From NCBI RefSeq assembly GCF_000315625.1, contig NW_005434607.1:55040-119039 (forward strand): a stretch of DNA of 64,000 bases, in the 5' to 3' direction. Positions within the stretch are counted from its first letter, which is position 1, and every line of letters begins with the position of its first letter. The position numbers and the translations under genes were made by a program. The DNA comes from Guillardia theta CCMP2712 (taxonomy: Eukaryota; Protista; Cryptophyta). Below the pieces are notes generated by a model. It had not been told where the DNA came from and did not search any database. It saw nothing but the letters and a program-made list of their open reading frames with translations. Of this stretch, positions 56,101 to 64,000 are shown piece after piece.

Positions 56101-58523
56101 TACATCCGTAGCATTACTTAGATCGCGATCAAGGGTGATTTCCAAGATAGATCCACCAATTTGTGGGCCAGAGCTTGGAAAAATTGAAATGATATGGATG
56201 CTGGAACTATATGAAAAAAGTATGGATGACACGACGAAGTCCACACCATTGTTTGAAATCGCAAAGGGTATGGATATTTCAGACAGAGCTCCAGGAGACC
56301 TGCATGTAGCCTCATTTACATTCACAACCACCATGTTGACAATCACTTCGCCAAATCGACAGACTGACAGCGAATTCTTGAAGAATTGCTCCCCAATGAC
56401 TGTGACCAATGAGCCTTCTAAAGGCCCCACTATTGGGTAGAATTGCTTGATCAAAGGCGAAGCTAGAAAGAGAAAAGGAATGGAACTTGTAGACTGAAGA
56501 TTACTTCGAAACATGAACATCCTTGGCCAAATTTGAACCAAGATCTCTTTTTCAACGTGAGGAGGTGAAGGGCAAGTGACAATGGAAGACGTCAAGACAG
56601 TGCCTGTGGTCCAGGTAAAGTCAAATAAGCATCCACAGGAGAAATTTTCGGAAGATGAAAATGGGAAATTTGTTCCAGAAAGATTTACAATTGTGCTTCC
56701 GTTGACAGGCCCAATTGATGGGAAAATATGACTTATTATGGGAAAGATTGAGTATTGGTATGGCAGAGGCGCAAATACAAAATTTTGACCATCCAAAGCT
56801 AGGCTTAAATTCACACTTGCGGCTGCATAGGGTGGGGCTGTGCAAACAATTGAATTTGTTGACACAACTGAAGCAGGTACTTCGAGGTTTGAAAACTTGC
56901 ACATGGCCAAGTCTGTGAACAAAAACTCGTATCCTATGAGTGTTATGACATTATTTCCAGAAACTGGTCCAAGATTTGGTTGAAAGTCAGTGATGGTGGG
57001 TGATGAGAAGGATAGAAAACGTATTTGGTCTTCGCTCCAATCTAGCCCGTTGCTGCTTACTTGTATTAAGTAATTTCCGACGGCAAGGTTGGGTGAAATA
57101 CATATCACGAGAGTTGATGAAATGGTTGATGAGATGGTTGATGAGGTTGAGAGATTAACACTTGAAAGAACATCTGAGTATTTACAAAAAGCATGTTGGC
57201 CGAACGAGTCCCCAACCACGGTGACGAACGTTTCAGAGTTCTCCATTCCTAACGACGGGGTAATTGACCTGATGAAGGGCTTTTGAATGTACTGGAACGC
57301 AAATCCAGTATCGAAGAAGTCATTGTTATTGACAGAAAGTTCTACTGTACAAATGAATAATCCGAAAAAAATTGGTGAAAAGCAATTCAATTTCGTTGAT
57401 GAAATCAAGGCCGCCGTTACATTTTGACTCCTGCAAAATCTGCACCAACAACCTTCTGAACAGTCTAAAAAGTTGTTTCCAGCAACATCCAACATCGTGC
57501 CTCCTGCAAGTTCACCCTTGGAAGGGCTCAATCGGGATACATACCATGCTTCAACCACGGTAAGGGTTGCACCGAAGACAAAAAAGTCAACTCCATTCGT
57601 ACTGATTCCGACTGAAATAAGATTCCTTCTTAGACGCGGAGCATGACAGGCCACCAATGAAGATGATATGTACACGGCCGTTACAATTTTTGAATCGATT
57701 CGGCAAACCAAAGATTGACTATCAACGAATCCGAAGCCATAAAACTGAATCCGTGCATTACTGCCTCTTGCTAACAACCTTGGTCTTACATCACGGATTT
57801 GAAGTTGTGCTGTTCGAAAAGAGTCAGAATACAAGCCAAAAATGAAACGACACTGTGCATACCTGTATACACAAAATCAATCGAGCCGTAAGAAAAGTCT
57901 ACACCATTGCTGGATACACCCAGCCGTACGGTAGACTCCGGCATTGCAGGAGAGAAACACTCAATGAGCTGGCCAGATATCCAAGCAGCTGACACCACCG
58001 TTTCTCCAAATTTACAGGACAGCGAGGGGGTGTTCTCAAACCCGTTCCCAGATATACGAACAAGAGTTTCTCCGCGCTCAGGTCCATTGTTGGGGAAGAA
58101 GGTAGAGACAACATCTTGAGCTGCAAAAATGGATATTCAAAATCTTTCTGTGAGCAAGAAAAGGTTATTACCAGCATAATAGAACGCCAAAGATTCTTGA
58201 GAAAAAGAGTATCCGCCGTCTGTGGAAACCTTGAGAGCAACGCTCTTCGTGTTTGGCACATCTTGAGGAGGCGATGCACAAACTATGAGACTTGAGGAGA
58301 GAATGGCAGGCGATATAAGGTGAGATTCACCAAATTTGCAGAGAGTTAGATGATATCCATCAAGCTTTCCCAAAAGAAGATTGCTTCCCACAACAGTAAC
58401 TTCTGTTCCGCCGTGAGCTGGTCCAGCAGCAGGAAAGACCCCATCGATGTGTATATCAAGATTTGATTCGACAACACAAAGGCCAAGGAGAGAGAGGAGT
58501 AGAGAGAAATTGCAGTAAGGCAT
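44104..58523 (-). CDS. Giant tandem IPT/TIG repeat protein, proximal part (exons 58172-58523, 57863-58120, 44104-57809; 4,771 aa to the TAA as assembled)
   Basis: The 4576-aa ORF repeats the pattern P-x-x-G-P-x-x-G-G-T-x-V/I-x-V/I-x-G-x-N-F...C-x-F-G...C-x-x-P...S-x-N-G-x-D-F about every 90 aa. Splicing two GT-AG introns joins it in frame to ORFs 57786-57998 and 58137-58547, which encode the same domain type. Confidence 0.9.
45098..45887 (+). repeat. Block E copy 1 (790 bp; repeat at 51188-51977, offset 6090)
   Basis: The protein segment SVSDWNSSTALCRFGG...ASATVTVYG occurs twice in the 4576-aa ORF. Two substitutions seen, one giving QQGKV vs QQGTV. Confidence 0.95.
51188..51977 (+). repeat. 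Block E copy 2
   Basis: Matches 45098-45887. Confidence 0.95.
57810..57862 (-). other. Intron 2 of the giant IPT gene (53 nt, phase 1)
   Basis: GTATGC...CTGAC...CGAACAG. Removal gives FVYT-A-QLQIRDVRP in the frame of the 4576-aa ORF. Confidence 0.85.
58121..58171 (-). other. Intron 1 of the giant IPT gene (51 nt, phase 1)
   Basis: GTAATA...TTTTGCAG. It contains an in-frame TGA, and removal gives FYYA-A-QDVVSTFFPNNGPERG. Confidence 0.85.
58464..58523 (-). other. Predicted N-terminal signal peptide MPYCNFSLLLSLLGLCVVES
   Basis: First ATG of the locus, followed by a hydrophobic core (FSLLLSLLGLCVV) and then the first IPT domain (IHIDGVFPAAGPAHGGTEVTVVG). Confidence 0.7.
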
Positions 58524-58643
58524 ATCAACTATCAACCTTCCTTGCACTGCATGTCAACACGAATTCACGACAGCATGAACGAAACGAACATGCGATCTGA
58601 AACGGACGTCAAAATCTTTGAAAAGCAAGCATGATTCTCCATG

Positions 58644-58730
58644 CCGGGCCCGGGGGCCGGTCTCGGATCGGACCGGGAGGCCCGGGCCGCTCAGTTCAAC
58701 TGGCCAGTTGACCGGTGACCGTCACCGGTC
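58644..58730. repeat. Cluster of GC-rich palindromes and inverted repeats
   Basis: CCGGGCCCGG 58644-58653; CCGGTC-N8-GACCGG 58657-58676; GGCCCGGGCC 58679-58688; TCAACTGGCCAGTTGA 58696-58711; GACCGGTGAC-C-GTCACCGGTC 58710-58730. Confidence 0.85.
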
Positions 58731-58733
58731 CTA

Positions 58734-59097
58734 ACTCAAAGTTAAGTTGGAGATCTTTACTCAAAGTTAAGTTCACACAGGCTGTCGCACACCGGGCCAA
58801 ACGGCGAGAAGAGAAAAGACAGCGAGAACCAAACCTAATCCTGCCGACTGCTGTCCCCCAAACTTAACGGATACCTTCACTTAACTGCGCGCAGGACAAG
58901 TCCCCCTGTAGATCAGTACGAGGACAATACCGACTTATCCTTTACTCAAAGTTAAGTTAAAAAGATCATGATCAGTACGGTACGCTGAGGCGTTCGTGAC
59001 TCCAGCCTGAGTAACCCTCTTACTGCTTCTTGGACTTGGAGGCCCTCGTACCGTCCTGCGAGAGTCTGGCAGGCCGGGGTTTACTCAAAGTTAAGTT
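58734..59097 (+). promoter_or_regulatory. Four direct copies of the motif (TTT)ACTCAAAGTTAAGTT in the divergent intergenic region
   Basis: Copies at 58734-58748, 58756-58773, 58941-58958 and 59080-59097, all in the same orientation. The repeat is directly visible; a regulatory role is inferred from position only. Confidence 0.5.
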
Positions 59098-59350
59098 TGC
59101 CGGGCATGGCGGCCGCGCCGGCGGCCGCGCCGCCGTCCGATGGGGCCCGGCGCCGCCGGGCCGGCACTGCGGCAGAATCCGACTTGTCACTTCTGAGAGA
59201 AAAAAACTTCAATCGTGAATGAAAGGCGATAGGTGGTGAGGTTGGACAGCAGTCGAAAGGAAGGAGGGAGAAGGGCAGACTGAAAAAGAAAGCAAGAAAG
59301 ACAGGAAGCAGATATTTAAGGGGATCCCCGACTTGCAGGAAGGCGAAGAG

Positions 59351-60178
59351 ATGGAACGAAGAATTTTCGGGAAAGCAGCAACTGCTGTCAATAACAACAC
59401 AGATCTCAACGGTGGAAAAAAGAAGAAATTGAGCTTTGTTTCATCAACAAGAAAGTATAGTCTTTCTTCTCCCAAGTCAAAAGAGAGTGCAAATCAAAAG
59501 AGAGAATCTCTTGAAAGATTCCAGGAGCTCATCGAAACATGGTTAAACCAAAACTTTGCCGAGCTGCGATGGAGTAATCATCTTACAGGAAGCCTGCACC
59601 ACTACCCTTGGAAGACGAGACATCGAGAACCAGCAACTCTAAAGAAAAGCATACTTCATCCGACGATCTTGAAGCCAAAACAGCAACAATTGCAGGTCGA
59701 ACCATGCCTGTACATTTTTTTCCTTCATTCTTATCGGCCATGTAGACTTGGATCCGGATGTTGATTCCGACCTCCAACTACAGATTCGAGCGATGGAGTT
59801 GCGGTAATTCTTGTCACTGAAGAGGAGACTTTGTGACCAGCCACCTGGGCGGGTGCTTCGTTGCTTTTTCTCAGCCTCGAGAGTAAAATGCGTGCAATGA
59901 TGGTAGAAGCTGTGAAGGATATAGGGAATGCTTTGCTTCGTGAACTGTCCATCCGAGACAGAGAAACAAGGGAGAGAATCTCAGAAGAATTGAAACACGT
60001 GGTTGAGGAACAAGGTCAAGAAATGAAAGGTCCTGTCACGTGGTTTTTATTTTATCTTACACCTGTTGTCTCAGTGAAGCTGGATTCTATGATCAAGGAA
60101 TGTATCAAAGATTCAATAAGCTCAGCTGTAGGACACCATGGTGTGCCCACCAAGATCTCTATCCAAGGAAAGTTGTGA
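59351..60178 (+). CDS. Spliced hypothetical protein, K/S-rich N-terminus and probable coiled-coil C-terminal half
   Basis: GT-AG introns 59542-59588, 59696-59745, 59804-59874 and probably 60030-60074 join MERRIFGK...IETW / KPAPLPLEDE...TIA / DLDPDVDSDLQLQIRAMELR / LESKMRAMMVEAVKDIGNALLRELSIRDRETRERISEELK with consistent phases. The start and last exon are uncertain; further splicing could extend the CDS to TGA 60346-60348. Confidence 0.55.
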
Positions 60179-60374
60179 CAACTCTTCGCACAACATTCCA
60201 CCTTTGTCCCGTGAACTCTGCCCTCGGTCAGATCAAAATCTGCTCGTTTCGTATTTCACATGGTGCATTTGCTGTCTCCATAACGCTGCATTAGCCCGCC
60301 CATGAAAAAAATAAAAAATTGATCGAAATGAGTTTGATCAGACAATGACTATGTGGAAAGCGCTTGAGGCTGCA

Positions 60375-63300
60375 CTATGAAACAATTTGCTTTTTCTGGA
60401 AAACAGTGGCCAGTGGAAACTTATCCCTATGAAAGTTCTGAGATCGAACCATTCCAAAGGGAATAAGCATACCTCGCTCGTGCAGCAAAAGCTTCACATT
60501 TGTCGTCAGGAACTCCAGCTTCCTGATATCAATGACTCAACCACTTGTCAAATGCTACTTGACCAGATACCTTCATGTTGTTGTAAACATCACTGCACTC
60601 CTTCAAAGATACACTGCCAAGCTCTACTCCCTAGAACAACCCATTAATCAACATTGCAAATCCAATCTGGAGAACTAACCAGAACAATCTCAGCCGCTCG
60701 ATTTGCTTGCGACTGGTCCAGCTCAATTAGAGAACCTGCAGCTTTTGAACAACCATTATCACAACTGCATAGTATTCAAGATATACAGACAGCTACCTGC
60801 CATGGCGTGGGATATAGACACCTTCCCAAAGTGCTTCAAGTACTCATCATTGTACTGTTGCGCCGACTGATTCAAACCGGGTACACCCCACTGCTCTGAA
60901 TTGCTTAATTCACTGTCAAGTACCTGATAAATACAAAATGAGATCAGCAAATTGCTTTTCCTGGCATCAAAGACTGTGAATACCTGGCCGACTAAAGCAT
61001 GCAATTCACTTCTCTTCTGTTTCAAGTGCATGAGGAATCGAACAATTCTGTTGTTCACAAAAATCATTCATAAAGTAACTGCAAAGAAGTATGTATAACC
61101 CTCTGTGCAATCCCGGATGCCCCTCGGTGCGATCTTTGCAGCTCTCTTCAAAGCTTGCAAAACTTTGAGGAGTCTTGTCTTCCTCATATACACTTCCATA
61201 CTAAGCAGGTGCGTCTCAATCAGATTTCCAGCATGCTCCTGGAGAATTGAGACATATCTGCTCGCCTCATCCAACGGCTTCTCAACTTTCGCAAGTTGTT
61301 CGCCATCAGGATCAGGATCGTCCTGTTTGATTGTCTTTCCTTTACCCTTAGGATCATTCTTTTTCCCTTTGTCCTTGTTTTTATCATCTGCAGATTCCTC
61401 CTCGGCTCTGGCCTGCGCTTTTCTTCTTTTGCGGAGGATTTTCTTCACCTCGGCGTCAGAAAGGCCCTTGAGCTCTGGGTCTTCCTCCCCTTCCTGAGCT
61501 GATGCAGGATTGTCATGAAGAGCTATGTAACATTGTACAATAGAAAATGCTGCTCTGACAAAGAACTTGTGTTTGTAGATTGTATCCTCGCAGCGAAGTA
61601 ACATCATGTAGGCTCGCAGGGTCATTTTGCGTAAGCAATACGTATGAAAATCAAATTGGTCTTCAATTATGTCAGTGAAATGCTTATTTACAGCAGTAAG
61701 TTTCTTCAATGCTTTGCCATACAGTCGAGAGCGAAGACAACTTCGGCCAAACTCGATCTCATACCACATACACTGCATATCAAACAAATTGTTTGGATTG
61801 TCCCCATCTTTCGAAAATAATGTCACTGTGCCTTCAGCTGGTTGCCTCCTGTCTGCCCGCAGCATGTACTTCACACTCATCGTGTTCAAAAATCTATCAG
61901 CTAGGTCCATTTTTCGCGCTATTTCGCACTCATCAGAAGCCTTTTGAAAATCACCAGCATGCTTGTAAATACGAGCTTTGGTAAGATGCAAGTCGATAAC
62001 TGTTGGTGTGTAGTCCAACGCTTCATCAATAAGCTGAAGTGCTCTTGGACTGTCTCCTTTTCTGTCGAAATGGTTCGCAAGGTATTCAAGCACCCACAGC
62101 ACAGTAACAGGCGGGTCAACATCATCTTCGCCGACAAGTTTCTGCTCAGATCGTAATCTTTCAAGATTCTTAACCATAACTTCTTCCATTATCTGAACCT
62201 TGTCTGGTTTTGAATACAGCGGTTTCACATCAGAGAAAAGAGAGGGAACTCCTTTTCTCAAAAAGGGCTTCACATAACTAGAAAACGACTCCTTGAATCG
62301 ATCGCCTGTTAGGAAATCCAACGGGATTCGCTTGATCGCGTTTGATTTTGGGTGCATCTGACTCAATTCTCTGTAAATCGAAACAAGCTCGTCCTGCTTC
62401 ACACCCCCAGCTACAACATCATCTGTATAACCTCGTGCTTCCAACAGTCCCTTATGGTACTGATAGTTGTCGGAGTTGATACTCAAGAGCTCCCTGTACA
62501 TCGCTTCAGCATCTTCTAACCGGCCAAGTTTGAGCAAAAGCTCTGCTCGCTTCTCTCGAAAGGACTGTTTGTCAACAATGAGAGGTTCTGACTTTTCCAG
62601 ATGAGCCAAAGTTTTTTCCAATTCACCTTTTTCCTCAAGAACTTGAGCTTTGTAAAGCAACATCTCACTATGTTCATAATCAGCGTTGCTGGTATCTTCT
62701 AGAGTTCCTTCATACGATTCCAAGACCTTCAAGGCCATATCTAGGTCTCCAGCTGCATGATGGGAGACTGCAAACCCAACCCAGTTGTTCCGGTTTTTTG
62801 GATTTATGGCCAGTAGCTGCCTGCGTGTTTCTATAAATCCCGTAAGTTCACGGGTCTGAATCTGCAAGAGGCACAAATCTCTCAATATCTGGCCATTATC
62901 TTTGTCCCGTCGAAGAGCCTGTTTGTAGCATTTGATCGCCTCCTTGTAATCGCGATCAGACCTGTGATGGAATCAGTGCTCTGAGGCGCTAACTTGCAGA
63001 ACAGACCGGTAGAGAAGACCATACACATGCCAACAAACATGGCTCAACATGTTCTTCTTCAGAGCAAGTCGCACAAAGTCATAAGCTTCTTGCTTTCTGT
63101 CCATGCAATTGAGAGTCAACCCCTTCATGGCCAGAGTTTCACCTTGAAAAAAAAGTAAAGGCGAAAGGAATGTGATGAGCAAACACATACCATGTTCTGG
63201 ATACTTCTTGAGAATGGAGTCAGCTGCTTTCAAACCCTTTTTATATTGCTTTGTCTCGTAAAATTTCTGCCAGAAATGCATTAGATGACAGCAGTGTCTC

Positions 63301-63380
63301 CAACTAACCAGACGCACCACTATGGTTTTGAAAACAGCTGCTTCCTTTTGAGGCAACAACTGTGTGTTCGAAGACGACAT
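60375..63380 (-). CDS. NAA15: N-alpha-acetyltransferase 15/16, NatA auxiliary subunit (Nat1/NARG1 family, TPR repeats)
   Basis: Family-typical motifs: [119 protein letters not shown]-terminal FPLATVF. Introns at 63267-63317, 63143-63190, 62962-63006, 61048-61099, 60924-60983, 60742-60796, 60631-60679, 60523-60570, 60427-60472. Stop TAG at 60375-60377. The model needs one extra base near 61120-61127. Confidence 0.93.
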
Positions 63381-63699
63381 GGTCTGCACGTCGAGCCAAG
63401 GAAAGCTTCTTTCTACTGGTCAGCAAAAGCAGTCAATGACTTTATAACAGCCTTCAGTAACTTTCTGTATCACTGCATTTGGCACTAATACGAATATTTC
63501 TACGTCCGAAACCAGAAGCATCAAAAAGAGGGATCAGGGTATTCCTACCTCCTCCTGGACAGCTTCAACGAGGAGAATGGTTATTCCAGCAAGAAGCTGC
63601 TCGTTGGAACGAAGGGGAGGGGAGGCGGAGGTGGGAAGGCAGCGCACAAGCAAGACTGGCGACGAGGAGGGGAAGCAGCAGCAGGAGGAGGAGAACGCG

Positions 63700-64000
63700 G
63701 GCACGTGGTCTTTTTTCAGACCGTTACATTGCGAAACGACTTCACTGAGCCTGACTGTGTGAGCCGCCGCGTCTGCGGCACTCCGAGCCGGGCCGGGCCT
63801 GCAACCGGGGCGGCGGGGCCGGGCTGCCAGCTGCGGCCCGGGCTGTCGGAATCCCGGCCGGATTATGCGCCCAGTGAGACGCCGTGCCCAGGCTATGACT
63901 GCGCGACTTGAATAACGGTCGCAACACCGTAACTCCCGGCACAATGATATCCCGGTTTGCCAAGTCCGACTCTTTACCGCCGGTGACCCACTGTACGGTA
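63700..64000. promoter_or_regulatory. GC-rich upstream/intergenic region of NAA15
   Basis: Rich in CCGG/GGCC/CCCGGG words like the 58640-59170 spacer. It lies upstream of the NAA15 ATG and a putative spliced 5' leader. Confidence 0.35.

Noticed and set aside
44104-57834. The 4576-aa ORF as a complete gene starting at 57834
   Set aside because: Its TTG start lies inside intron 2. The real start appears to be ATG 58523, and IPT coding continues past the stop in the -1 frame.
180-57845. The many 60-195 aa ORFs on the + strand and in alternative - frames
   Set aside because: They are shadows of the giant minus-strand coding frame. They have no recognisable domains, and identical pairs simply track the repeated blocks.
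58734-59097. CRISPR array
   Set aside because: The repeats are only 15-18 bp with very irregular spacing (7, 167 and 121 bp), there are no cas genes, and the context is eukaryotic.
61123-61163. A 41-nt GT-AG intron that would repair the NAA15 frame
   Set aside because: It would delete [13 protein letters not shown], which looks like conserved NAA15 sequence, so a one-base deletion is more plausible.
63479-63963. Short R/G/P-rich ORFs upstream of NAA15
   Set aside because: They are low-complexity translations of GC-rich leader/intergenic DNA on both strands with no coherent gene structure.
1-64000. tRNA, rRNA or prokaryotic operon features
   Set aside because: None were recognised. Nearly all of the window is accounted for by spliced eukaryotic protein-coding genes.

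Overview
Eukaryotic nuclear DNA with short (45-71 nt) GT-AG introns and GC-rich palindromic intergenic spacers. The style suggests a protist or alga, possibly a cryptophyte (inference, unverified). About 58.5 kb of the 64 kb is one minus-strand locus encoding tandem IPT/TIG (Ig-like E-set) domains behind a signal peptide. It starts at ATG 58523, has two short phase-1 introns, then a 13.7-kb exon ending at a TAA (44104-44106). A second, overlapping -1 frame opens at 44197 and stays open to the left edge of the window (14,732 codons). The ORF track misses it because it has no stop codon inside the window. If the two frames are one gene, the protein is at least about 19,470 aa with roughly 200 IPT domains, and its C-terminus lies outside the window. 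The reading frame is a mosaic of AT-rich diverged domains and GC-richer, near-identical blocks of 0.25-2.3 kb. The blocks recur in frame and in domain register, which points to segmental gene conversion or cassette shuffling. The right end holds a divergent intergenic region with a four-copy ACTCAAAGTTAAGTT motif and stacked palindromes, a spliced gene of unknown function on the + strand, and NAA15 (NatA auxiliary subunit, 9 introns, - strand). NAA15 also shows a one-base frameshift, so single-base assembly deletions probably exist in this sequence.
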